DNA from: Octopus vulgaris
Taxonomy: Eukaryota
DNA: 64,000 bases
Reading direction: 5' to 3'
Assembly: GCA_951406725.2 (NCBI GenBank)
Contig: OX597839.1
Span: 26,412,001 to 26,476,000 of the forward strand
The notes below the pieces were generated by a model. It searched no databases. It was not told the DNA's origin and was given only the letters and a program-made list of their open reading frames with translations. The position numbers and the translations under genes were made by a program. Of this stretch, positions 48,963 to 62,925 are shown piece after piece; position 1 is the stretch's first letter, and every line of letters starts with the position of its first letter.

Positions 48963-51426
48963 GAAAAGTGTTTGTGAAAAGGAAACATGAGGAAGAGAGG
49001 AGAAAGTTTAGGATGTTTATGTCCCTTTTTTTGTTGTCACTAACCCTTTTTATGCCAACCCAGCCGAGACCACCCCTCAGTTACATGATACAAACTTCTT
49101 GTTTAAAGTGATCTAAATGAAAATCTTACATCAAAATTTCACATTAAACCTTTCGTTACTGTATTTATTTTGAGATGCTCTGTGTTTCTTGCAATTCCTT
49201 TTAAATATAACAAAGAATTTAGTAAAATAACTTCGTTATCATTGAAGCTAGTGTTAGGAACACTAAATTGTGACTAAGGCTTGGTGGAAGATTTTAATTC
49301 AAAACTTATGGAAACAAGACATTTGCACTCAGGGCCAAAAGTGGTTTCAACCAGGTTGGTATCAAAAGGGTTAAGAATTGTTTCCCTATTATATATTTTA
49401 ACCCTTCTGTTACCCCATTTCTGTTGAGATGCTCTGTGTTTCTTGCAATTCCTTTTAAATATAACAAAGAATTTAGTAAAATATCTTCGTTATCATTGAA
49501 GCTAGTGTTAGGAACACTAAATTGTGACTAAGGCTTGGTGGAAGATTTTAATTCAAAACTAATGGAAACAAGACATTTGCACTCAGGGCCAGAGCCAGTT
49601 TCAGCCGGATTGGTAACGAAAGGGTTAATTTATACTCCAAACACCAGCTTAATAATGATGATAAATTTGCTTAACCAAATTCTTCATTATTTTCAAAAAC
49701 TGATTGAAACAAAAATATATTTCAACGATATGGAAATGGAAAGGATTCAACATACAGGCTATGAAATAAAAAAAATTAAAAAATGAAACAATATTGAAAG
49801 CTAACAAGAATAGGAGAGCAATTTCTTAACATATGTTCATACATAGTCAGAGAGAAAGAGAGTCTAGATATGCCACCCTAGTCAGAGATTGAATACAGAG
49901 TTAGTCACTTGTTACTGTTCGTCCGTTGCCAGCCTCGCCTGGCCCCCTTGCCGGTGGCACGTAAAAGCACCATCCGTTCGTGGCTGTTTGCCAGCTCCGT
50001 CTGGCACCTGTGTGGGTGGCACGTAAAAAGCACCTACTACACTCACGGAGTGGTTGGCGTTAGGAAGGGCATCCAGCCATAGAAACACTGCCAGATCTGA
50101 CTGGGCCTGATGCGGCCTTCTGGCTTCACAGACCCCAGTTGAACCGTCCAACCCATGCTAGCATGGAAAACGGACGCTAAATGATGATGATGATGATGAG
50201 ACGAAATAATCAATTTACTAACAGCTTGCATTAATGATTCTGCACAGTAATCAAAACATTCCAACACTTTATAGAACTTCCAGTCTCATGGCTTTCCTTC
50301 ATTTCGGGGGTCAATGTAATCGACTTGCTGACACCCTACCAAAAATTGCTGGCCTTGTGCCAAATTTTGAAAGAATTATGATCACCATTTAACACCTGTT
50401 GTCGGAGATAGCATGGGTTGGACAGTTTGACAGAAGCTGGCAAGGCCAGGAACCACACCAGGTCCCATTGTCTGTTTCTACAGCTGGATGCCCTTCCTAG
50501 CACCAACCACTTTACAGAGTGTACAGGGTACTTTTTATGTGGTACCAGCACCAATGCTTTTTACATGGCACCAGCGCATTGTGACACCAGCACCAGTGTT
50601 CATTATTATTGTGAGTGGTAGAATTGGTACAGTAGCAGACAAAATGACTTGCTGTACGTATTCAGCCGCATATACTTAACATTTTGAGTTCAAACCCAGC
50701 TGATGTCAACTTTACTTTCTGTCCTTTTATTCATCAGGGACAGGGTGTCAATAACTATCAAGTGTCAATAACTGTCAAGTACTGGAGTTGACAGAATATC
50801 ATTCACTGCTCCTTCCCATCAAAATTTCTAGCCTTATGCCCCTAAAAAGAAATCAATGCTATTATGGTATGGTGACAGATGGCAGAATTATCGTAGAGAG
50901 AATGGGATGAGGGATAAAAGAGAGAAAAACCTAAATGTGGTTCTATGGTAAGACGGTTGCCCCCCCCCCCCCCACATGGTCCCAAGTTCAATCTCATTGT
51001 GTAACATCTTGGGCAAGTGTCTTCTACTATAGCCTTAGGACAATCAAAGCCTTGTGAGCGGATTTGACAGATGGAAACTGGAAGAAGCCCATCATATATT
51101 TCTTTTTTTTCCTTTCCACTTGTTCCAGTCATTTGACTGTGGCCATGCTGGAACACCACCTTTAGTTGAAGAAATTGACCCCAGGACTTATTCTTTGTAA
51201 GCCTAGTGCTCATTCTATCAGTTTCTTTTGCCGAACTACTAAGTTTTGGGGACGTAAACAGACACACACACATAAATATATATATATGTATACGATGGGC
51301 TTCTTTCAGTTTTCGCCTACCAAATCCACTTTCCCAAGGTGCTACACAGCTATACAGGGGGACTGAATCCAGAACCATGTAGTTGGGAAGCAAGCTTCTT
51401 ACCACACAGTTACACCTGCGCCTATA

Positions 51427-51458
<32 letters not shown>

Positions 51459-51707
51459 CACCATCCGAACGTGGCCGATGCCAGCGCCGCCTTGCCTGGC
51501 TTCTGTGCCAGTGTCACATAAAAAGCACCCACTACACTCACGGAGTGGTTGGCGTTAGGAAGGGCATCCAGCTGTAGAAACTCTGCCAGATCAGACTGGA
51601 ACCTGGTGCAGCCTCCTGGCTTCCCAGATCCCGGTTGAACTGTCCAACCCGTGCTAGCACGGAAAATGGACGTTAAATGATGATGATATATATATATATA
51701 GTATTAT

Positions 51708-51858
51708 ATTATTCAAAACAGTTTGGTTCAGGTTCTGTGTTACTTCATGTTTCGAAGCCCCTAATGGAGCCTATCTCATCAGCCTGAGGAAATAGGCTCC
51801 CTTAGGGGCTTTGAAACTTGAAGTTGCATGGAATCCAAATCAAACTATTTTGAATAAT
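51708..51858. mobile_element. Imperfect fold-back element with two back-to-back hammerhead cores; third family
   Basis: Minus strand: CTGATGA (51782-51776)...GAAAC atgaa GTA. Plus strand: CTGAGGA (51784-51790)...GAAAC ttgaa GTT. Axis at 51783. Confidence 0.65.
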
Positions 51859-52624
51859 GCATGTAACTCCCAATAAATGTGTTGAGTGCCCTTCCTTTCA
51901 TTTGTCCACTCACTCACGTGCGTGTGTGTCTATAGTAGAAGATACTTGCCCAAGGTGCCATGTAGTGAGACTGAACCCAGAACCATGTGGTTGCAAAGCA
52001 AACTTCTTACCACACAGTCACAAGACTGTGGCAATAATGAAATTAGTATACGACATTGGATTAACGTTTTATAGGCCAAAAGTTTTCACAAAGTTTGGCA
52101 CTTGGGACAAACATTTAGCAATTATTTAATTTAATTAATTTTAAAAAAAGAAGCAGTTTATAAACAGCTAAACAAAAAAAAAAAATTACAACAAATAATG
52201 CTGTGAAATGTTTATTATGTCTGAGATGAGTCATAGAATGATTGCATCATCAGACTTCACAGGAAACTATCTTTGTAGCTATTGTTTAGCCCTAGGTGAG
52301 CTATGATAACAGGTAGGATGTGTGTGTCTGTGTGTCTTTGTGTGTTGCACCTTTGACAGACCATTTTCTTTTTGTCTCTTTGTAGTGTATTAGCTTCTAT
52401 TTCTAAATTAATCAGTGACTATACAGAAGTGTTTGCTCTCTCTCTCTCTCTCTCTCTCTTTTTCCTCCCCAGGTCACATGACTATCACCGTTGCTTTCAT
52501 GTCCACCTTTTCCATGCTTGAATGGGTTGTCAGATGGAATTCACTGAGGCAGATTATGTTCAACAGCCAGATGCCCTTCCTGTCACCTACCTTCACCTGT
52601 TTCCAAGCAAGGTAATATCTTCCC

Positions 52625-53359
52625 CAACTCAACTTGATTTCGAGCTGGACCGTCTGCTGCTGGAGAGGACCGACCAGGTAAAGGACCTGAGTATCTTGGT
52701 GGATTCTTCCTTTTCGCCTTCGGCCCAGTGCGTCCATGCTGCCAACAAAGCACGCGGAGTTCTGTTTTTGATTCGATGGTCATTCTGAATGCTCACAGCA
52801 GCCATATTCCTACCGCTCTATGTCACACTGGTGAGACCCATATTGGAGTACGGGATTCAAGCCTCTTCTTCTTATCTCCTCAAAGACATACAGCATCTTG
52901 AAAGAGTCCAGAAGCTAGCTACCCGCATGGTTCTTGGTCTCAAGCATTTGTCTTATGAAAAAGGCTGAAGACACTCAACCTTTATTCTCTAGAAAAACGC
53001 CGCAGCTGTGGTGATCTCATTCTTGCTCACAACATCATAAGCGGAAAGTGTAACCTCTCGAAAGAGCTGTTCTTCACTCATGCTCCAGAGCGTCGGCTGC
53101 GGGGTCACTCTGAAAAGCTCTATCTGTGACGATTTCATCTCAATCGAAGGAGAGGGGCTTTCTCCGTCCGGGTTGCGGATCCGTGGAATAAGCTGCCGGG
53201 CGAGATAGTGAAGATGCCGACGACCGCTCGGTTCAAAGTCTCTCTTGACCAGAAATGGCCTGAACTCTTTGCATGAACACCACCCTGTACATAACTCCAT
53301 GTCTCCCTACATGGCCTTGCTTTTTGCTTTTTGAGCCAAAAAATTAACTTAACTTAACT
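52625..53359 (+). mobile_element. CR1-type LINE 3' fragment, longer copy of the same family, frameshifted
   Basis: VKDLSILVDSSFSPSAQC...LVRPILEYG...LERVQKLATRMV, near-identical to 48072-48520, (TTAAC)n tail. Inserted into another repeat. Confidence 0.88.
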
Positions 53360-55136
53360 GGCCAGACATGTTTTTCCCACAATACTGGAAATTACTGACC
53401 CTATTTGTATGGCAGTAATACTCACAACTACCACGTGATATCACAAACATAAATATACTTACAATCACATACACACACAAGCCACAAAACCTCTCAAAAC
53501 TAGACACCAATATCTGAGCAATGTCTAAACCTAATCAGGATACCTATGAAGAAACCCAAACAATACCAAAATAAGCAATCCCTACAAACTGAATCTACAG
53601 TTTCCAGTTTACAAAAAATGAAAGAAATTTACAATCAAGCATAACGTGTGCATTTCCATCATTAGCTGCCCACCAGATATCACTATGGTTTCGACACCTG
53701 GACAGTACCACTCACTCTGGCAATGTCCACAGCATTAAAAATATAAATGCTACTTGCAAATCCTCCAGTGTATAACTACGAGTAACAACATCAAAGTAAC
53801 ACATACCTGCATTCATGCCTGAGCAAATGTCTGGTTGCAAGCATGCACCATTGCAAAGGCTTAAAAGAACTTAAAATGCACCTGGGGTTCTCACAGGCTG
53901 CTGATCAGGCAAATGTTCATCTGATATTTATCGCTTTTAAACACAGTACATCAAAAAGGTGTTATCTCAGGACAAATACTGCAGTAACTTGCCTATCAAT
54001 GATATATACATTAACCATTTAGCATTCTGATTACTGTCAAATCTTAAGCTGATTCACACTGTTTTGAATTAATCATGCATTATACCATGCTTGAGAAGAC
54101 ATGGCAAACCAAGCGAGATCATCGTCGTGGTCGATGCCAGTGTTTCATAACTGGCACCTGTTCTGGTGGCATATAAAAAGCACCCATTACATTCTCAGAG
54201 TGGTTGGCGTTAGGAAGGGCATCCAGCTGTAGAAACCATACCGAATCAGATTGGAACCTGGTGTAGCTCCCCATTTTCAATCAAATCATCCAACCCATGC
54301 CAGCATGGAAAACAGATGTTAAATGATGATGATATCTGATAGCTTTGAAATTTTGATATGGTGATTTGTTTATTATTTAGAATGGTGTTGTAGGGTAAGT
54401 TTGAAAGGCCAGATCTGGCTGAACTGAACATAAAACAGGTAGGATATCTGGGCTGCATATGATCAGCTTAAATGCTAAAGGGTTAAATATTTTGAGACAA
54501 CAGAAAGAAAGCACTGACAGGGCCTTTAAAGTGATTACTGGACCTGCTAGTAACAGCAGCCAAATTTCCCTCGAATTAAATCCTGACATCTTGAAGAATA
54601 AGGAATGTACTAGATAATATATAGTCCTTTACATGCAACAGGTCTAATGAGGTGCAAAGACTGACCTGGGGCTAAACAACAACAAAATAAATATACAAAA
54701 CAATTATTGAGAAAGAGAGAGAGAGAGGACAAGAGATGGATAAATATGACCAAGATAAAAAAAAAACAACAAATAAAGATTCTGCAAAAGCCGAAAACGT
54801 GATTGCACAAGACATAACAATCGCAGAAAATCTGACATTCTTGTGATCTTAAAAACAATGAGCTTCATTCATTCTCATGCAGTGTCAGTCACATCAGAGC
54901 ATTAGAAAAAAACAACAACAAAAAAACACACACAAATGTCACACAATAAACACCATGCTTCACTCATGTAGCAGGGAAATGATGATGATGGTGGTGGTGA
55001 TGGTGGTATGTCAGTAACAAGAAATAAAACAATAGTGTGGTGTGTGTATATGCATATAGATACGTGTATGTATGTGTATACATGCATATATACACACATG
55101 GAAGACGGATGTTAAATGATGACATATACACACACG

Positions 55137-55139
<3 letters not shown>

Positions 55140-55190
<51 letters not shown>

Positions 55191-55208
55191 TACGTGCGCG
55201 CATGTATG

Positions 55209-55246
<38 letters not shown>

Positions 55247-55336
55247 ACATATATATATATACATATGTATATATACATATATATATATACATATGTATAT
55301 ATATACATATATACACACACATATATACATATATAC

Positions 55337-55387
<51 letters not shown>

Positions 55388-55646
55388 CATATGTATATAT
55401 ATATATATATATACATATTTACACACACATATATATATATATATACATATATACACACACATATATATATATACACATATATACACACATATATATATAT
55501 ACACATATATACACACACATATATATATATATACACATATATACACACACACATATATATATACACATATATACACACACACATATATATATACACATAT
55601 ATACACACACACACATATATATATACACATATATACACACACACAC

Positions 55647-55689
<43 letters not shown>

Positions 55690-55712
55690 GGCACACGTCC
55701 GTATGTGTGTGT

Positions 55713-55752
<40 letters not shown>
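55140..55752. repeat. Long compound (TA)n/(CA)n microsatellite
   Basis: Direct inspection. It produces the spurious IYIY/YTHT ORFs. Confidence 0.95.
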
Positions 55753-58700
55753 TTATATAGGTACTGCAACTGCAACAACAACAAATTCATCACATGACCA
55801 ACAATTTAAAGAGAAAGAAACTCCCTAGCCCCTGCCGACACCCATGCAATTTAAAGGGGAGTGCTAAAGCAGCTGCAAGGTGACCTTATTATTATTATTA
55901 TTATTATTTTTATTCCTGTTCTAATATGCAAATCAGGTAATACAAAATAACAACGGAGAAATACGAAAACAACGAAGTTAGTAACGAGAGCTCGTCATTG
56001 TCCATTTACTTCGTTTAATGTAGGTCAGGAAAGGATTCTAAAACGACATATAAGTCAAATTTTTGTGGTGTACCATTTTTTTGGTACATTCCTTCTTCTC
56101 AATCAGTCTTTAATAAAAGGAGCATTCCGTCGGTTACGACGATGAGGGGTGGGGTCCCAGCTGATACAATCAACGGAACAGCCTGCTCGTGATATTACCG
56201 TGCTAGTGACTGAGCACTCTACAGACACGTGTACCCTTAATGTAGTTCTCGGGGGAGATTCAGCGTGACACAGAGTGTGACAAGGCAGGCCCTTTGAAAT
56301 ACAGGTACAACTCCTTTTTACCAGCTGAGTGGACTGGAGCAACGTGAAATGAAGTGTCTTGCTCAAGGACATAATGCGTCGCCGGGAATCGAACTCGTGA
56401 ACTTACAATTGTGAGCTAAATGCCCTAACCGCTAAGCTACGTGCCTTATAATGAGGAGTTTAGTTCAAATCCACCATACCCAAATCAAATTATTCTAAAT
56501 GACTGGAGATACTCATCCTGCCTTGGTTCTGTTGTCCTTTTTCCTTTTATATATATATATATACTTGGCAGGCACCTGAGCTGGTGACACTTGGGGGGCA
56601 GCTGTGCTGGTGACACTTGGAGGGCAGCCGTGCTGGTGACACTTGGAGGGCAGCTGTGCTGGTAACACTTGGAGGGCACCCACTACACTCTTGGAGTGGT
56701 TGGCATTAGGAAGGGCATCCAACCATAGAAACCAAGCCAAAATCAAACTGAAACCTGGTACAGCTCTCTGGCTTATTGGTTCCAGTTAAACCTTCTAACC
56801 CATGCCAGCATGGAAAGCAGACACTAAATGAAGATGATGATGATGATATAATCCAAGGCAATATCTAAATTTGAACTGATTCAACAAAGCAGCTCTACTT
56901 CTAGCAAACCTCTCTCCCTACCCTGGACCCACCCTACACATAACATAGTTGATGGCACAAAAGATGCACATGAATACGAGATGCACCCCAATTTCAACAG
57001 CATATATTAAAAAAAGGCGGCGAGCTGGCAGAAACGTTATAACATAGTTGATGGCACAAAAGATGCACATGAATACGAGATGCACCCCAATCTCAACAGC
57101 ATATATTCATCCCTGCTTTTTTAGTGCATTAAAGCATGTATTATAGGTCTAACATCACACATAGGACCCAGGGTGACATTTAGAGACTTTTTCTTAAAGC
57201 ATGTGTCTGATACGTCCTTAAATAGTGTGTGTGTGTATGTGTGTGTAACAGAAGGTAAAAGGGATTAAAAAATCCAGGCAGATATCTAGAACTTGGTTAA
57301 CTATAATCAAAAAAAAAAAAAAAAAAAAAATTCAAGTAGATCCAAATATCGCTTTGAAGAATTACAAGAAATTCGGAGTAATTGACAACAGGAGCAAGAA
57401 CAGAGAAACTAGATATTTGTAGAAAGAACTGGTAAAAATCTTTTGCAATCAGGCTTTGTCTTTTTCTTTACATAAATCTGTCACAGACCACAACTAAGCT
57501 GGATCAGAGTTATAGGCCTTGTTTAAAGACACTGTTATGATAGAGTGACATCAACTTTGGTTGTCAGAACCACACACACCAGAAGTCTTAATTCACAATA
57601 CAATTAACCCAACACTAACAGGTTAAACATCCAGAGATAAAAAGGTAACTGAACCAGATTTAACCCTTTCGTTACTGTATTTATTTTGAGATGCTCTGTG
57701 TTTCTTTCAATCATTTTAAATATAACAAAGAATTTTGTAAAATAGCTTAGTTATCATTCAGCTAGTGTTAGGAACATAAATTGCGACTAAGGTTTGGTGG
57801 AATATTTTAATTCAAAACTTATGAAAACAAGATATTTTACCACAGAGTCAGAGCCGGTTTTGGCCGGGTTAGTAACAAAAGGGTTAAACAGTATCCCTCT
57901 TGCCTAGGTGCCCCAAGTGTTTGCACCTTCACCCAAAGTTTGTTTAGTTAATTAATTACCTAACAGTCCACAATCAGCTGATGCGGTGGTGTATCTCCTC
58001 TAAAGCAACACACCTGTTCCTATCCCTCTGTGACACCTGGCACAAAGTCATCCCCACTCAATATTACATACCCCCACCCTGCCGAGAGGTCTTGTCTTTC
58101 AAGTAGCTTGGTGACCTCACTAGTGTTGGTGCCATGAAAAATACACCCAGGACATTCTGTAAAGTGGTTGACATAGGGAAGGGGACCCAACTGGGGAAAT
58201 CATACCACAGTAGATGTTAGGGCTCAACACAACTCTCTGGTTTGCTATACCCTGTTGAACAGTCTAATCCATGCTAGTATGGAATGTGGATGTTAAATGA
58301 TGACGACGATGATGACAATGATAATTATAGTATAACAAATGAATTACTGTTGCCCTACCAGTAATTAGATTGCAAATTAGATATGGACAATTATATTAAT
58401 AATGTAGCAAACTAAAGAGCCTCTTGGAATTCTCATGAAATACAGACATTGTGAAAGCATCAGAGATAATTAAACAACCTGTTTTAGTATTTCCATGAAA
58501 TGCAGTAGATACCTAGCCTTGACGTAGATCAGAAAGGGTAGGGATCAGACAGACAGACAGACAGACAGAGACACACTGCTAATTATATTAGAAAATTCCA
58601 TATTTAATGGCATAAAAGAACAATGAGCATAGTCTGTGGACATCAATTTCAGCAGTGCATAGACAGGTAGACAGGGAAAGAAAAAAAGAAAAAAAGAATT

Positions 58701-60304
58701 TTGTTAAGTGAAGCTTGTGGGAGGCCCAGATTAGAATAGAGGGCCCATGGTGTTTATTTGAGATATTTGTTTTGGACAACATGTGCCATCTTAAATGCCA
58801 TCTAACTCGGAAACATGAAAAGATATTTGCAGTAAAAACCAAGCAAATCCAATTCCAATAGATGATTATACAGCTCAGAGGTACTCAACCATTTTTTGCT
58901 TATAGAACCCTTCTGATTCCTTATTTTACATGGGAGGACCCTTATAACCATTCGATCTTTCAAAAAAATACTGTTATAGTTTTATAATTAAAAATTATCA
59001 AGAATTGCATAAGATGTTTTTTTAAAAAAATGTTTTATGTATTGTGGAAGTACAACCTCTTGCAACTGACTGGCATCCTGTCCAGGTGAGGTAGATATAC
59101 AATATACACAGGAGACTGGCCCTATGAACCTATGGCCCAGGAAGAACCACTGGTTTGAGAAGTATAACCTGTTTAATGCACATGAATTTTAACAGAATCC
59201 TTATGTGGGCCCCAGTCGAGAACCACAAACATGACTCAACACAATATTTTGAATTGTCAATATCTGCAATGGCTCACTGATTCAGTTCATTATGCAATGC
59301 GTAGAAGGCAAGTCAGCCAATCTACACCTCACCGAGTTATTGATAAAAAAAAGAAAAAGAAAAAAGTAAGCTACCTTCTTGAGTTATGCAGATTCATAAG
59401 GGCCAGTTCCCTGGTTTCATGGCATATATATTCCTCCCTGGATGGGATGCCAGTCCCTCACAGGATTACTCACTTTTGCCAGCTGAGTGCACTGGAGCAA
59501 CGTGAAATGAAGTGTTTTGCTCAAGAACACAATGCGTCGCCCAGTCCAGGAATCGAAACCGCAATCTTCCAATTATATTACATTCCAAAACCCTAACCAC
59601 CAAGCCATGCGTCTCCACGTTATTGACAACAGATTGATAAATGACCAGGTGAAAAGAAAAATGAAATGACCGTAGTTGTCTTTCATCTTTTACTTATTTC
59701 AGTGCCCAGACTGCGGCCATGCTGGAGCACTCCTTTGAAGAATTTCAGTTGCCAGAATTTTAAGCCTGGTACTTGTTTTATCAGTCTCTTTTGCTGAATT
59801 GCCGTGTTATGGGGGATGTAAACACACCAACACCAGTTGGACAAGTGGTGGTGAGACACTAGCGCAAATACAAACACATATAGACAATGAGCTTCTTTCA
59901 GTTTCCATCCACCAATTACACTCACAAGGATTTAGCTGGTCCAGGGCAATGGCCAAAGACACTTGCCCAAGGTGCCACACAGTAGAACTGAACCTGGAAC
60001 CATGTGGTTGGGAAGCAAACCTCTTACCACACAGCCATGCCTGCACCTACAGCTGGACAGGGAACTGAACTCTTGTTGCACACTTGGTACCGATCGATCG
60101 CATGCACACATATTATTCACTAATATAAGTAAGGAGTTACCAATCGAAACAGAATTGGCAAATGATACGCATTCAATCCTATGTTTTATGCACATCAATC
60201 ATAAAATCCTACGCTAAAATAGGAGAGTGGCGGGTAACTGATTCTCATATTATAGAAATAGTCTTTAATAATCAAACCTGTTTATATAAATATATCTATG
60301 CATA

Positions 60305-60676
60305 TGCTTGTGTGGTAAGTAGCTTGCTAACCAACCACATGGTTCCGGGTTCAGTCCCACTGCGTGGCATCTTGGGCAAGTGTCTTCAGCTATAGTCCCG
60401 GGCCGACCAATGCCTTGTGAGTGGATTTGGTAGACGGAAACTGAAAGAAGCCTGTCGTATATATGTATATATATGTATGTGTGTGTGTGTTTGTCCCCCT
60501 AGCATTGCTTGAGAACCGATGCTGGTGTGTTTACGTCCCCGTCACTTAGCGGTTCGGCAAAAGAGACCGATAGAATAAGTACTGGGCTTACAAAGAATAA
60601 GCCCGGGGTCGATTTGCTCGACTAAAGGCGGTGCTCCAGCATGGCCGCAGTCGAATGACTGAGACAAGTAAAAGAG
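60305..60676 (+). mobile_element. SINE family A copy with TSD-like tatgcttgtgtg flanks
   Basis: Near-identical to 8228-8647. Confidence 0.85.
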
Positions 60677-60790
60677 TATATGCTTGTGTGTGTGGTGTTT
60701 ATCTTCATGTGTAGGTGTATGTTTAAATATCTATATGCATATATGTAAACGAGTCTATATATGTATGTGTGTATATATATATATATATAT

Positions 60791-61033
60791 ACCTGAGTAA
60801 ACACATAAATGTGAAACAAGGTGGATAAAAGAGTACTCAAATACCAGTGGTAGAGTAATATGCTTTATTTAAAGCAGCAGAAAATTCAACAAAACCTGTT
60901 GAAACAAAGTTTCCCATTGCCGTTCATCGGACAGTTTTTGCTAGAATCTAGCAAAAACTGTCCGATGAACGGCAACGGGAAACTCAGAGTAACAGGTTTT
61001 GTTGAATTTTCTGCTGCTTTAAATAAAGTATAT
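60791..61033. mobile_element. Fold-back element with hammerhead-like core (CCGATGA variant); second family
   Basis: Arms 60858-60944 and 60948-61033, (TA)n flanks. + strand 60958-60995 reads CTGT-CCGATGA-aCGgcaaCGg-GAA-ACTCAGAGT-A-ACAG. Confidence 0.7.
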
Positions 61034-61156
61034 ATATATATATTTTTATTTACAAAATCACCCCATTGATTTATATGGATAATACCATACAAAATTCTGG
61101 TGCCTTTGACTTAAGTACCATATTCATCTGAATCTAAATTTTGCTGAACTTATATC

Positions 61157-61192
<36 letters not shown>

Positions 61193-61430
61193 ATCATTGT
61201 GTAACGTCCACATTCCATGGGTTGGACGGTTTGACAGGAGCCAGCCAGGTAGAAGACTACACCAGACAAATATATATATATACACAAACACACACATATA
61301 TGTATATATACATGCATACACTTTCTTATAGCATAATAGTTGTGTATGTGGGTTTATGGAATTTTTGAATGAACAAGTATGCTCAAAATTTAAACAGAAA
61401 AAAAAATTTTCAATGAGATCCTCACAAGAT

Positions 61431-61477
<47 letters not shown>

Positions 61478-62866
61478 TCTGTGCAAGAAAATGTGTTATG
61501 ACAGAAAACAAGATGTATTCACACAAAAATTAAATAATTATAAGAAACACTCAGCATACAAAACAAAAAACAAAAAACCATTAAAAAACCATAAAAAAAA
61601 AAACCTCAGCAACTCAAGCGAAAATACAAAACTCTGCTACATAAATAAAATGAACGTAAAATGAGAAGCCACACACATCAAGGAAGAAAAAAGCAAAAAC
61701 AAACATAACATATCAGTGTGGAATTGGAGCAGAGAGAGGAACGTGGAGGAACATGCTTTGCTACCAGAACCTAGGCAATACGGAGATCCTTATACTTTAT
61801 AATGTAGGGAATTTTAGGAAAAATTATAATAATAGTAATAATCTTTTCCACTATAGGCACAAGGTCTGAAATTTGGGGCCATGGATAGTCGGGACAATTG
61901 ATTACATTGTCCCCAGTGTTTCACTGGTACTTAATTTATCGACCCCGAAAGGATGAAAGGCAAAGTCGACCTCGGTGGAATTTGAACTCAGAACATAAAG
62001 ACGGGTGATACACCACAAAGCATTTTGCCTGGCATGCTAATGATTCTGCCAGTCTGTGCAGGTAGCACATAAAAAACACCTTTTGAGCGTGGTCGTTGCC
62101 AGAACCGCCTGACTAGTCCTCGTGTCGGTGGCACACGGAGCTACCATGCAGTTTCTGTCCACCAATTTTGCTCACAAGCCACTGGTTAGCCTTTCCTAAG
62201 GTGCTGCGCAATGGGACTGAACCCAAAACCCCATGGTTCTAAAGTCAGCTTCTTAACCCCCAGCCATGCATATCCACGGTAAATCCTTTCTACTATAGGC
62301 ACAAGGCCTGAAATTTGGGAGAGAGGGATAGTTGATTATATCAACCCCAGTACTCAACTGGTACTTAACCTATCAACCCCAAAAGGATGTAAAGTAAAGT
62401 CAACCTTAGCAGAATTTGAACTCATAATGTAACAATAGATGAAATACTGCTAAGCATTTTGCCTGGCGTGCTAACGATTCTGCCAGTTCACCACCTTAAC
62501 AACAACAACAATAATAATAATAATTCTTTCTAGTAATTAAGCATTTTGCCTGGCGTGCTAACGATTCTGCCAGTTCACCACCTTAACAACAACAACAATA
62601 ATAATAATTCTTTCTAGTAATAGGCATAAGGCCTGTAATTTTGGAGGAAGAGATCAGTTGATTACACTGACCCCCAGTACTCAACAGGTACTTATTTCAT
62701 TGACCCCTCCAAAGGCTTCTTTTCAGTTTCTGTCTGCCAAGTTGACTCACAAAGCTTTGGCCGGCCAGAGGTTATAGTAGAAAACACTTGTCTAAGATAC
62801 CACGCAGTGGGACTGAACCTGAAACTATGTGGTTGGGAAGCAAGCTACTTATCACACAGCCACTCC

Positions 62867-62924
<58 letters not shown>

Positions 62925-62925
<1 letters not shown>

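Noticed and set aside
54964-55828. Long ORFs (262-263 aa) rich in IYIY/YTHT
   Set aside because: They are translations of (TA)n/(CA)n microsatellite, as are those near 16198-16460, 27094, 30485-30946 and 46000-46300.
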